Source: a bacterium | GTDB lineage: Bacteria; Bacillota; Clostridia; Lachnospirales; Lachnospiraceae | Length of the DNA stretch: 64,000 nucleotides | Assembly: GCA_963658085.1 (NCBI GenBank) | Contig: CAVKOU010000008.1 | Span: 8 to 64,007 of the forward strand | Direction of reading: 5' to 3' | Shown: positions 18,516 to 27,970 of the stretch, piece by piece | Position numbering within the stretch: the stretch's first letter is position 1 | Layout of the letters: each line of letters begins with the position of its first letter | Position numbers and translations under genes: made by a program | Notes under the pieces: model-generated | Seen by the model: only the letters and a program-made list of their open reading frames with translations | The model's database searches: none | Told to the model about the DNA's origin: nothing

Positions 18516-19262
18516 TTAGACTGTAACCAGATATTTTTCTCGAAGTTCCTCTAATTTCTGACGGTAAGCCACAGCCTGTTTCTTCTCTAAAAGCTCTGCT
18601 TTTACATGTTCCTTTACATCCTCAAATTCCGGGATTACAGCTTCTACCTTCTTTTCAACCTTGATCAGGTGATATCCAAACTGCGTCTTCACAGGTCCGA
18701 TAATGGTTCCGATCTCTCCATTAAATGCGGCCTCCTCAAACTCAGGAACCATCTGACCTTTTCCAAACTCTCCAAGGTTTCCACCTCTTTCTTTAGAAGG
18801 GCATGTAGAATGTTCCATCGCAGCATCCTCAAAAGTCTTGCTTCCTTCTTCGATCTCTTTCTTTACATTTTCAATAGCCTCTAACTCCTCCATCAAAATG
18901 TGCTTTGCGCTGACTCTTGCAGAACTTCCAAAATGTTCTTTATTTAACCGGAAATACTCCTGCAGATCTTCCTCTGTTGCCTCTACTTCTTTTAAGATAA
19001 CAGACACCGCTAGCTGTGACAAAATATCTCTCTTAGTATTCTCAAGAACCATCTTAAAATCATCTGTCTCCTCAAGCTTAAGATCCTCTCCAAGCTTTGT
19101 AAACAAACGCATGTTAATTAACTGCTCCAAATACTGCTGTCTAAACTGAGGATTATTAATATAAGCCTGGTGCTCTCTCGGTGCATTTTTAAGGACTGCA
19201 TCAAGCTGTGCCTCTGTAATCTCTTCTCCTGCAACAACTGCTAAAACTTTGCTCTCACTCAT
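18516..19262 (-). CDS. Parvulin-type peptidyl-prolyl isomerase with no signal peptide
   Basis: Rotamase motifs SAKHIL, GGNLGEFGKGQMVPEFEEAAF and TQFGYHLIKV. ATG at 19262 follows GGAG. The N-terminus is hydrophilic. Confidence 0.85.
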   Translation of the reverse strand: MSESKVLAVVAGEEITEAQLDAVLKNAPREHQAYINNPQFRQQYLEQLINMRLFTKLGEDLKLEETDDFKMVLENTKRDILSQLAVSVILKEVEATEEDLQEYFRLNKEHFGSSARVSAKHILMEELEAIENVKKEIEEGSKTFEDAAMEHSTCPSKERGGNLGEFGKGQMVPEFEEAAFNGEIGTIIGPVKTQFGYHLIKVEKKVEAVIPEFEDVKEHVKAELLEKKQAVAYRQKLEELREKYLVTV

Positions 19263-19477
19263 GATTTTAATCTCCTTGTTTTTCATTTTATAAAAGTTAT
19301 TTGTACCATAACAATACAGGGAGATATGGGTTTCCCACATATTTCCCTGCAACTATCATTTCTTATTATTTTGTAATACCCACCTGCAATCCAAACAATT
19401 CCTGCAAAATTTTCATGTGATTTCTCCATAGAACTTTCCTATAAAATTTTCCCATAAAACTTTGCTATGAAACTTTG

Positions 19478-20875
19478 TTATGCAAGCCTCAATACGTTAA
19501 TTACCAGTACCCATACCATGCTATAGTAAATCACCACTGCCGTCAAGTCATTCACGGTAGAAATCAGGGGACCGGATGCAACTGCCGGATCTACCCCTAC
19601 TTTCGTAAATATAATCGGGACAATGGTTCCAATCAGACTGGATACCGTCATGGCTACCAAAAGAGCCACTCCTACGCAACCGGAGATTGCGAAGGCATTC
19701 AATAAAATATTGATCTTAAATACATAAATGTAAATTCCTATGACAATAAATGCCAGAATTCCTAAGATCAGTCCGTTGGCAAATCCTACTTTTACTTCTT
19801 TCATAATTAAAGAGAAAATCTCTTTGCCGTCTAACTCCTCGTCAATCAATACACGAATGGTAACCGCCAAAGACTGGGTTCCAACATTTCCCGCCATACC
19901 TAGGATCATAGACTGGAAACATACTACCAAAGCAATTTTTGAAACCACGCCCTCAAAGACACCTACCACCGAAGATACTCCCATAGCCAAAAATAACAGA
20001 ATCACTAGCCACGGCAATCTCTTTCGCACACTTTCGCGAAGAGTTTCTTCCAGGTCTTCCTCTTCCGTCAAACCGGCCAACTTCGCGTAGTCTTCACCCA
20101 TCTCGTCATCCACTACCTCTACAATGTCCTGAGAAGTGATAACACCGATAATCTCATCTTCGCTATTTAATACCGGAATGGAATCCTCCGCATAGTCCCT
20201 CAAACGGTCGATACAGTCGCTGATCATCTCATGATCTCGAACATAAGGGTAAGAGGTTGTAATCAAATCCTCTAAATTCACATAGGTCCTGGCTATGATC
20301 AGATCCTTAAGATCCAAAGCTCCGTAAAATTTCCCCTCTTCGTCTGACACATAGATGGTGGAAATATTATCATTATCCTCCGCCTGTGCCACCAGGGACT
20401 TCATGGCTTCTTTGATGGTGAGATTTTTGGTAATCTCAATGAAGTTGGTAGTCATCCTGCTACCGATCTCATCTTCCTCGTAAGACCGGATTAATGCAAT
20501 GTCCTCTCTACTATCTTCATCAATGAGTTTTAGGATCTGCTTTCTGTCATCCTCCTCCAACTCTTCCAGAACATCTACCGCGTCGTCAGAATCCATGTTC
20601 TCTACAACCTTTGCAGCGCTGTGGATATCCAACTCTCCCAGGTAGTCGTCTACATCATCGATATAGGTAAAAATTTCAGACACACGTTCCGCGCCTAAAA
20701 CATGATATAACTTCTTACGATCCTCTTCCGGCAACTGCTGTAAGGCTCCGGCAATATCATTTTCATGATAATTGTCTAACTGAGCCAGTATCTCCTCGTC
20801 CGGCAGATCGCTGCTTAATATGGCCGCCAGTTCTTCCTCATAATTCGGAATGACGATCTCTTCATTATTATCCAT
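19478..20875 (-). CDS. mgtE: Magnesium transporter MgtE
   Basis: MgtE N-domain, tandem CBS domains and a C-terminal 5-TM domain (GNVGTQS, PLISTVNDL). Confidence 0.92.
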   Translation of the reverse strand: MDNNEEIVIPNYEEELAAILSSDLPDEEILAQLDNYHENDIAGALQQLPEEDRKKLYHVLGAERVSEIFTYIDDVDDYLGELDIHSAAKVVENMDSDDAVDVLEELEEDDRKQILKLIDEDSREDIALIRSYEEDEIGSRMTTNFIEITKNLTIKEAMKSLVAQAEDNDNISTIYVSDEEGKFYGALDLKDLIIARTYVNLEDLITTSYPYVRDHEMISDCIDRLRDYAEDSIPVLNSEDEIIGVITSQDIVEVVDDEMGEDYAKLAGLTEEEDLEETLRESVRKRLPWLVILLFLAMGVSSVVGVFEGVVSKIALVVCFQSMILGMAGNVGTQSLAVTIRVLIDEELDGKEIFSLIMKEVKVGFANGLILGILAFIVIGIYIYVFKINILLNAFAISGCVGVALLVAMTVSSLIGTIVPIIFTKVGVDPAVASGPLISTVNDLTAVVIYYSMVWVLVINVLRLA

Positions 20876-21135
20876 AAGGATTTTTCCTCCTTGTCTCTAA
20901 CATTCTTTCTATTAGACACCATGAGGAATCTGTAAACAATACATCTATGTCTACTCTATCAATCCATAAGATTTTAAATCTTATCTGACAAATAAACTTA
21001 TATATCTAGAAGGCTCATATAAGGGATCAGGCCCTATGGCTTCCTGTTCACTGACTCCACCATCGTGGTTCCTACTTCGCCCTCTACTATCGCCACTATC
21101 CATTATATTCACCTACCTCTCGCACTTTTTTCATA
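20876..21135 (-). promoter_or_regulatory. Long structured mgtE 5' leader, possibly an M-box-like Mg2+ sensor
   Basis: The leader is about 260 nt. On the minus strand it contains GGTAGGTGA, AACAGGAA and GCCATAGGGCCTGATCCC. These only partly resemble the M-box blocks GTTAGGTGAGG and GCCATACAGTGCTAAAGCTC. Confidence 0.3.
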
Positions 21136-21142
21136 CGTAGTT

Positions 21143-21171
21143 AGTATACTACTTACCCATATTTGTGTCAA
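21143..21171 (-). promoter_or_regulatory. Sigma-A-type promoter for mgtE
   Basis: TTGACA (21166-21171), N17, TATACT (21143-21148) on the minus strand. Confidence 0.6.
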
Positions 21172-21230
21172 AAATAATCCCTGTTTTTATGAAGATTTAA
21201 CCCATCCATTACATCATTATAAAGAGCATT

Positions 21231-21275
21231 ATAAAAGAAAAATAGCGTTGCAAAAATTAAATATCTTTGCAACGC
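21231..21275 (-). terminator. Terminator after the DUF4340 gene
   Basis: Stem gcgttgcaaa/tttgcaacgc with a U-run on the minus strand. Confidence 0.7.
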
Positions 21276-21326
21276 CATGTCCCTTTGAAAATCATTCTGA
21301 AACAGATTCTTCAGTTACTACAAATT

Positions 21327-22235
21327 TTACTCTGAATCGCCAGAATCACTACTGTCTACGGTTGTCATATTGTTAATAATATCGGTACTAACCTGGTATA
21401 CCAGCTTCGAACCATCTACCATAAGGTAGCGGTTTCCATCTCCGGTCTCTTTTCCGATATAGACGGTAAATGTTTCCTTATCATCTCCGTTTTTGTAAGT
21501 CGCCGTGGCAGTGGTTCTCTCGCTTTCTGTCAAACCATAATTTGACAAGGTCTCATCTGTCACGTGATAATCTACAGGCTCTGTCAAGCTCAGAGCTCCA
21601 AAGCCTCCCGCAAGTTCGCTAAGATCATCCTCGTCTTTATATTTGGTAGTTTCTCCTGCTACTGTAATCTCTACTTTCTTGAGATTTCCACTTCCGATGC
21701 TTGGAACTGTATCATTATCCACAACTTCGCTCAAATCAAATTGCAAACTTCCTGTAAGCGTGCTGTCAATGGTATAAACCTTTTCGCTATCATCGATAGA
21801 AGCGTAATAATTTTCTCCTGTGGCATCTCCCACATGAAGGGTATGTTCTTTATCATCGCTATCGGTATAGGAAATTTCATAGAGAGGACTGGTAAGTCCA
21901 TAATCCTCCAAGTCATCCGGATCCTTAATCTCTCTTACGGCCTCAAGCCCTGTAATGGTTGTCTCCAAACTGTCCAGGGTAGACTGAGCGATAGGGATCT
22001 CGTGATCTGCATCGTAATACCAGGTTCCATCCTCTGATACAAAGGCCATGGTACTGTTGCCATCAGTATAGCTGATCTTTGTCAAGGAGTCGGCATCCAC
22101 TAAATGAATCTCTGCCTCTTTCTCCTCCTCTTCTTTTTTCGTTTCCGCATGTTTATTGTAAGCACTAAGACCAAAGTACACAGCTACCAAGGCCACCAAC
22201 ACTATAAGAAGGAGCATTAATTTATTTTTCTTCAC
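21327..22235 (-). CDS. DUF4340-like membrane-anchored protein
   Basis: N-terminal TM anchor followed by an acidic beta-rich body. It is the last gene of a GldG-type ABC cluster. Confidence 0.6.
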   Translation of the reverse strand: MKKNKLMLLLIVLVALVAVYFGLSAYNKHAETKKEEEEKEAEIHLVDADSLTKISYTDGNSTMAFVSEDGTWYYDADHEIPIAQSTLDSLETTITGLEAVREIKDPDDLEDYGLTSPLYEISYTDSDDKEHTLHVGDATGENYYASIDDSEKVYTIDSTLTGSLQFDLSEVVDNDTVPSIGSGNLKKVEITVAGETTKYKDEDDLSELAGGFGALSLTEPVDYHVTDETLSNYGLTESERTTATATYKNGDDKETFTVYIGKETGDGNRYLMVDGSKLVYQVSTDIINNMTTVDSSDSGDSE

Positions 22236-22247
22236 AACAACCCCTCC

Positions 22248-23732
22248 TTAAGCTTTTCTTCTCTTCCACCATTTGCTAAATCCATAGATCACAATGATTA
22301 ATGGAATACCGAAAATGATCAAGAGACTGATAGGTCCGGCATATTGCATGGTGTTGTTGGTTACTTCCAGGCTCTTTGATGCAATGGCAAGATTTTGAAC
22401 TCCATCAAAGTTATTTGTCACCGCATTCATAAATAAGGTGAGATTTTCCAAAGTTGAGAAGGAATCTGTCACCTGACTGTCAATCATAGAAGTAGACGAG
22501 ATTACCGTAAGTTTTGCCTCTTTTGTGGTGCTATCACTGTCAGAACTATCACTATCTGAACTGTCGCTATCAGAAGTATCACTGTCGGAACTATCTGAGC
22601 TGTTACTGTCATCTGCATCAATAGTCTCTGTAGCTACAGCTCCCAATACATAAGTTCCCTGCTCCTGAGAATCCTCTGTTACCGCATAAGCATTTGTGGA
22701 AGTGGTCATGAAGGATTCTACATCAATGGAATCATTTGCCGGATCTGTAAGGGTAAGTCCGTGAGCATTGACGAACATCACCATATTCGATGACAATCCC
22801 TCAGCCAAATCTCCTGTTGCAGTGATATTTGGGAAAATATAATAGTAATTTCCCTGGTAACTACGCTCCATATCTGCAATATATCCATCAGCTCTTTCCA
22901 TACCATAGGTATTAAGGAGTGCGTCTAAGTTCGGAACCTCGCCGTCGATTTCTCCAAGAATAATAAAGACCTTACCACCATCTTTCATGTAATTTTCGAT
23001 CATGGTCTTTTCATCTTCTGTAAGATCCGAACTGATTCCATTGATAAAGAGAAGATCACAATCATCCGGGATCTCGCTCTGCATCATTAGATTGATTTCT
23101 TCCTCTTCCATATTATTCTTACTCATAAGATCTGTTACGGAAGTTGAGAAAGAAGTCTCTCCGTGTCCGGAGGTATAGTACATTTTATTGCTGTCTGTAC
23201 TGGTTACATAATTTACCGCGCTGGTAAGCTGTCCCTCTCCGTCAAACTCTGTAGCAGTGCTGCTTCCTGTGGTGTAGTAAGAATAAGCATCTGATACCAA
23301 AATGCTGGAGAATGCTACTGTGGTGCTTTTTCCTGTATCCTCACATTTTACAAGAATGGTATCTGAGGAAACATTATTTTCTGTCAAAGCCGATGGATGT
23401 TGTACCGGATCCACCCACTCTACGCTGATCTTATTTGACAGGGCAGAATATTTACTTAAAAATGTCTTGATCTTGTCATCGGTACTACTTTTTTCAGCAT
23501 AAACCGTAAAGGTTACTTTGCTGTCTAAGTCCTTTAACAGATCCTTACTGGTATCTGTAATCTCATAAATCCGGTTGTCACTGATATCTATATTTCGAAC
23601 ACTTTCCGGAAGCTGTCCTGCGATCAGATTGATCACCACCACGATTCCGATGGCCACTGCAATCAGTCCCACACTGTAGCTTCCATTTCTGGAAGTCTGA
23701 CTTCCAAATAATTTCTTAATTTTCTCTAACAT
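22248..23732 (-). CDS. GldG-family ABC transporter auxiliary protein
   Basis: N- and C-terminal TM segments and a large extracytoplasmic domain. It contains a Ser/Asp repeat SDSSDSDTSDSDSSDSDSSDSDS (nt about 22525-22620). Confidence 0.65.
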   Translation of the reverse strand: MLEKIKKLFGSQTSRNGSYSVGLIAVAIGIVVVINLIAGQLPESVRNIDISDNRIYEITDTSKDLLKDLDSKVTFTVYAEKSSTDDKIKTFLSKYSALSNKISVEWVDPVQHPSALTENNVSSDTILVKCEDTGKSTTVAFSSILVSDAYSYYTTGSSTATEFDGEGQLTSAVNYVTSTDSNKMYYTSGHGETSFSTSVTDLMSKNNMEEEEINLMMQSEIPDDCDLLFINGISSDLTEDEKTMIENYMKDGGKVFIILGEIDGEVPNLDALLNTYGMERADGYIADMERSYQGNYYYIFPNITATGDLAEGLSSNMVMFVNAHGLTLTDPANDSIDVESFMTTSTNAYAVTEDSQEQGTYVLGAVATETIDADDSNSSDSSDSDTSDSDSSDSDSSDSDSTTKEAKLTVISSTSMIDSQVTDSFSTLENLTLFMNAVTNNFDGVQNLAIASKSLEVTNNTMQYAGPISLLIIFGIPLIIVIYGFSKWWKRRKA

Positions 23733-23741
23733 GGGAACCTC

Positions 23742-24608
23742 CTAACTCCAGCGTCTCTTTTGTATCATCTGAATGGTCAGGAAATTGAACAAAAAGATGA
23801 TGGACAAGTACATGATGATACCGCTGACATCCAACAGATTGTCAGAAGAAATGCTGCTAAATGTGCTAAATAAATCCATTTTTCCAAACACATTTGCAAG
23901 AAGTCCCTCATAAAGGGAAGACTTTACGATATATGGAATGATACTTCCAAGCAATACCACAACTTCCAGCACGACTGCCACAAGCCAATTATTTGTCATG
24001 CGCCAGATTAAGCCAACGACTACCGTAAGGATCACAATAACACCCACCAGGTTAATCCAGGCTGCAGTTCCGATAAAGTTAGTAAGTCCACTCCAAAGAT
24101 AGGTGATCATCAATACACCAAAGGTTCCAATGGCTGCTAGGATCTGACTTTCGGTCAAAGAAGAAATAAACATTCCAATGGAAATATATACACTTCCCAA
24201 AAGGAAGAATACCAAAATTGCCAGATAATCCACTTTAATATAAGCGGTTCCCTGAGACATAATAATTAACGGGAACATAAGGTAAATTATACAAGGAATC
24301 GCAAAAATGCTGACCATTGCAAGGAATTTTCCTAAAACAACTTCCGTAAGGCTTACCGGATAAGTAAGAAGCATCTGATCCGTCTTGGTTTTTCGATCCT
24401 CCGCAAAACTTCGCATGGTAAGAACCGGCACCGCAATAAGAAGTACAAAGGTAATACTGGACAATACATAAGAGAAATATGGATATCCATAATTCAAGTT
24501 GTAGGCCATAAAATATACCCCTGTAAAAGCTACCAAGAACGCGATAAATACATACCCGATCATAGAATGAAAGTAAGATTTTAATTCTCTTTTATAAATC
24601 GCTATCAT
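23742..24608 (-). CDS. ABC-2 type permease
   Basis: Six-TM protein starting MIAIYKRELKSYF. ATG at 24608 follows GGAGGTGA and overlaps the end of the ATPase gene. Confidence 0.8.
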   Translation of the reverse strand: MIAIYKRELKSYFHSMIGYVFIAFLVAFTGVYFMAYNLNYGYPYFSYVLSSITFVLLIAVPVLTMRSFAEDRKTKTDQMLLTYPVSLTEVVLGKFLAMVSIFAIPCIIYLMFPLIIMSQGTAYIKVDYLAILVFFLLGSVYISIGMFISSLTESQILAAIGTFGVLMITYLWSGLTNFIGTAAWINLVGVIVILTVVVGLIWRMTNNWLVAVVLEVVVLLGSIIPYIVKSSLYEGLLANVFGKMDLFSTFSSISSDNLLDVSGIIMYLSIIFLFNFLTIQMIQKRRWS

Positions 24609-25779
24609 GCGTCTCACCTCCTTCTGGATAACCACCTTCCAGGTCATCGTAGTTTACCTCTGGATTAATTTCCGGAATCTCTACATTTACGTAGTTCTTC
24701 TTTGGATCTTCTTCATCTGACTTTGATAACTCAGTTTTTGATGATTCCGTTTTTGGTGTCTCAGCTTTTGGTGACTCAACTTTTGGTGACTCAGCCTCAA
24801 AGTCCTGGATACTCTCTACATGATTTCCCTGGGTAAGTTCAAGGAATACATCCTCCAAGGTATTCTTAGTCATAGCTAAGGTCCTAAGCGTTTTCTGGTT
24901 CTTTGCGAAAGCTCCAAAAATCTGCTCTCTGATATCCAGATTTCCTTTTACTCTGACAATCACCTTGGTGATTGTCTCGTTCTTTTCTTTTGAGGTGGTG
25001 CATTCTATGGACTCGATCGGATCAAGACTTGATAGGATTCTACGTACCTCTTTTTCTCCTTCTGTAGTTTCAAGCTCTATATAGCCCTTACGTCCAATAC
25101 TCTCTTCCAATTTTTCCGGTGTATCACTGGCCACCAGTTTTCCATTGGAAATAATGATAATATGATCACATACTTCTCTGACTTCTGCCAAAATGTGAGA
25201 ACTTAAGATTACCGTATGACGTTTGGACAAATTACGGATCAATTCACGAATCTCGATAATCTGCTTCGGGTCCAATCCAACCGTTGGCTCATCCAGGATG
25301 ATAATCTCCGGAAATCCTAAAATTGCCTGAGCCAACCCCACGCGCTGTCTATATCCTTTGGAAAGATTTTGGATCAGACGATCCTTCACCCCATTAAGCT
25401 TTGCCATGGACATCACATTTTCGATCTGAGTCTCTCTGTGGGCCTTCGGGATCTTCTTAAGCTCGGCCGCAAACTCCAGATACTCTAAAACTGTCATTTC
25501 CATATATAGAGGCGGAATCTCCGGCAAATAGCCAATGCTTTTCTTTGCCACCTCTGGCTCCTTTAAAATATCATGACCGTTAATCATTACAGTACCTTCT
25601 GTAGCTCCCAAATAACCGGTCATAATATTCATGGTTGTGGATTTTCCGGCACCGTTCGGCCCCAGAAATCCGTAGATTTTTCCTTCTTCAATCGTGAAAT
25701 TCAAATGGTCCACTGCCAGGTGATTCCCATATTTTTTCACGAGGTTCTCTACTTGAATCAATCCATTTTCCTCCTTCAA
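24592..25779 (-). CDS. ABC transporter ATP-binding protein with a repetitive Pro/Lys/Glu C-terminal tail
   Basis: Walker A GPNGAGKST, signature LSKGYRQR, Walker B ILDEPTVGLD. The tail reads ESPKVESPKAETPKTESSKTELSK and is encoded by roughly 15-bp tandem DNA repeats. Confidence 0.88.
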   Translation of the reverse strand: MKEENGLIQVENLVKKYGNHLAVDHLNFTIEEGKIYGFLGPNGAGKSTTMNIMTGYLGATEGTVMINGHDILKEPEVAKKSIGYLPEIPPLYMEMTVLEYLEFAAELKKIPKAHRETQIENVMSMAKLNGVKDRLIQNLSKGYRQRVGLAQAILGFPEIIILDEPTVGLDPKQIIEIRELIRNLSKRHTVILSSHILAEVREVCDHIIIISNGKLVASDTPEKLEESIGRKGYIELETTEGEKEVRRILSSLDPIESIECTTSKEKNETITKVIVRVKGNLDIREQIFGAFAKNQKTLRTLAMTKNTLEDVFLELTQGNHVESIQDFEAESPKVESPKAETPKTESSKTELSKSDEEDPKKNYVNVEIPEINPEVNYDDLEGGYPEGGETHDSDL

Positions 25780-25860
25780 AATAGTGAGGGCTATCCTATT
25801 TTCTTTTGATAGCCAATGTCTATTCTATGGAAAATCTATGGTCAATTATTGTTGTACTTA

Positions 25861-25897
25861 TGTTGAAACTGTGAAAGAAATGTGTTGAAACTGTGAA
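25861..25897 (+). repeat. Tandem 15-bp direct repeat upstream of the yitJ-like promoter
   Basis: tgttgaaactgtgaa occurs at 25861-25875 and again at 25883-25897. Confidence 0.9.
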
Positions 25898-25943
25898 TCC
25901 AAACAGAAGCGTTATTTCTCTTGGTTTTCTCGCAGGTTCCCGA

Positions 25944-25972
25944 TTGTATCCGTAAAAGAAACTCGGTATAAT
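25944..25972 (+). promoter_or_regulatory. Promoter of the yitJ-like gene
   Basis: TTGTAT (25944-25949), N17, TATAAT (25967-25972). Confidence 0.6.
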
Positions 25973-26010
25973 GGATACAAATTATGCATTTTATACAGGA
26001 GTTTTTTCAT

Positions 26011-27801
26011 ATGGATATTAGAGAATATTTAAAAAGTAAAAAAATAATCACCGACGGCTCCTTCGGCACCTTCTATAGTTCTAATTTTCAGAGCTACGAT
26101 ATGCCTGAAATGGCCAACACAGCCCATCCGGAACGAGTGCTCCACATCCATGGATCCTATATTCGTGCCGGCGCCAAATTAATCCGCACCAATACCTTCG
26201 CCTCCAACACTGCCCTTTTAGCGGAGGATTTAGATGTGGTACGATCCAATATCAAATCTGCTATTCACTTGGCAAAACGCGCAGTACAAGATTCCAAGGA
26301 GGATATATTTATTGCGGGAGACATCGGTCCGATCCCAGGCATCGGGAAGCTAAGCGCCAAGGATACCACCGAGGAATATTACGAATTAGGAAAGATTTTT
26401 GTATCGGAAGGGCTTAAGATTCTGACCTTTGAGACCTTTCCAGACATGGTCTATGTCCTTCCGGCTATAAAGAAATTAAAGGAAGAAGCTCCGGACCTTT
26501 TCATTATGATGCAATTTCGTTTGGATCAGTTTGGATACAGCAACTCCGGTATGAACGGAAACAAATTACTAAAGGAAGCTCTCGCAGTTCCGGAAATCGA
26601 TGCTGTTGGATTTAACTGCGGTGTAGGTCCCGGTCATATGCAAAAGCTTTTGCAAAAAATGGTATTACCTTCCGGCAAGTATTACATCGCTCTTCCAAAC
26701 TCCGGATATCCCAAGCGAAGCCGGGGAACCTTGCAGTACTCCAATACGCCAAAATATTTTGCCGGCAAAGTAGCTGACTTAGCTGATTACGGAATCGACA
26801 TTGTAGGCGGCTGCTGCGGAACAAATCCTTCCTATATAAAGGAGTTAACGAAATCCGTTTCCCTGACTCCATCAAAGAAGGAGACTTCCATAACAGATTT
26901 ACAAGATTCCCATACATTAGCAAAGAAGACTGGTTTCTTCTACAACGAAAACGGAACACTCAAGGATAAGAAGCTAATCGCCGTGGAGCTTGCTCCCCCA
27001 ACCAGCGCCAATGACGAAAAATTATTGGAAGCTGCTCATATGCTAGAAGCCTCCGGGGTAGATGTCTTAACCTTCCCAGATTCCCCTTCCGGCCGTACAA
27101 GAGTGGACTCCGTTCTTATGGCCTCCAAGGTAAAACTGGCCACCGGCATGACTGTTATGCCTCACATTTGCTGCAGAGACAAAAATGCCATTGCTATGCG
27201 TTCTCTCCTATTGGGCGCTCACATTAACAATATTCACAACCTGTTGATTGTTACCGGAGATCCTATTCCCTCGGCAGATCGACAGACGGTAAAGTCTGTA
27301 TTTAACTTCGATTCCGTGGGACTTATGCACATCACTCAGGATATGAATGAGACAGAATTTCCGGATGCACCTATGTGTTACGGCGGCGCCATTAATCAGG
27401 GACGTCTTCGCATCGAATCCGAAATCCGAAGAGTTCGCCGTAAAATGGAAGCAGGAGCAGAATTTTTCCTGACCCAGCCTGTATTTTGTAAGGAAGAAGC
27501 AGAGAAACTCAGACAGGTGAAAGAAGCTACCGGTGCCAGAATTCTCTGTGGAATCATGCCACTGATCAGCAGACGAAATGCTCTCTTTATGAAAAATGAA
27601 ATCAGCGGAATCTATATTCCGGATGAGGTAGCAGATCGTTATCCTGAAAAGGGTACAAAAGAAGAAGGGGAAGCCATTGGTATTTCTATTGCCAAAGAAG
27701 TAATGGAATATACCAAAGACTTTGTAGACGGCTACTACTTCTCCTTCCCATTTAATAGAGTTCATATGTTATCTCAAATTCTAGATGTGGATGCCAAATA
27801 G
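26011..27801 (+). CDS. yitJ: Bifunctional homocysteine S-methyltransferase / 5,10-methylenetetrahydrofolate reductase (YitJ-like)
   Basis: N-terminal Hcy-binding domain (GFNCGVGP, GGCCGTNP) and C-terminal MTHFR domain (VELAPP, LIVTGDP, FFLTQPVF). ATG at 26011 follows GGAG. Confidence 0.85.
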   Translation: MDIREYLKSKKIITDGSFGTFYSSNFQSYDMPEMANTAHPERVLHIHGSYIRAGAKLIRTNTFASNTALLAEDLDVVRSNIKSAIHLAKRAVQDSKEDIFIAGDIGPIPGIGKLSAKDTTEEYYELGKIFVSEGLKILTFETFPDMVYVLPAIKKLKEEAPDLFIMMQFRLDQFGYSNSGMNGNKLLKEALAVPEIDAVGFNCGVGPGHMQKLLQKMVLPSGKYYIALPNSGYPKRSRGTLQYSNTPKYFAGKVADLADYGIDIVGGCCGTNPSYIKELTKSVSLTPSKKETSITDLQDSHTLAKKTGFFYNENGTLKDKKLIAVELAPPTSANDEKLLEAAHMLEASGVDVLTFPDSPSGRTRVDSVLMASKVKLATGMTVMPHICCRDKNAIAMRSLLLGAHINNIHNLLIVTGDPIPSADRQTVKSVFNFDSVGLMHITQDMNETEFPDAPMCYGGAINQGRLRIESEIRRVRRKMEAGAEFFLTQPVFCKEEAEKLRQVKEATGARILCGIMPLISRRNALFMKNEISGIYIPDEVADRYPEKGTKEEGEAIGISIAKEVMEYTKDFVDGYYFSFPFNRVHMLSQILDVDAK

Positions 27802-27970
27802 AAATTATTATAAAAAGAATCGTTATAAACAGAAGAGCTATAAATAGAATCGTCACATATATAATCATTATATATAGAATCATCACAAAGACAGAAGGCA
27901 CCGGATAAATTCCGATGCCTTCTGCCTACTATATAAGGATAAAGAAAAATATGCGCGTCGTCTAATTCAT

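Noticed and set aside
25810-26010. SAM (S-box) riboswitch upstream of the yitJ-like gene.
   Set aside because: No S-box core (GAGGGA…GCCC…GCAACC) is present, and the promoter-to-ATG distance is too short.
27208-27765. A 185-aa minus-strand ORF inside the yitJ-like gene. Similar long antisense ORFs occur at 9268-9708, 21564-22037, 28985-29467, 36415-36957, 43324-43773, 53198-53680 and 33788-34291.
   Set aside because: Each lies entirely antisense to, or out of frame within, a gene with clear family motifs. The translations are Cys/Leu/Ser/Phe-rich with no motifs and no SD, so they are shadow ORFs.
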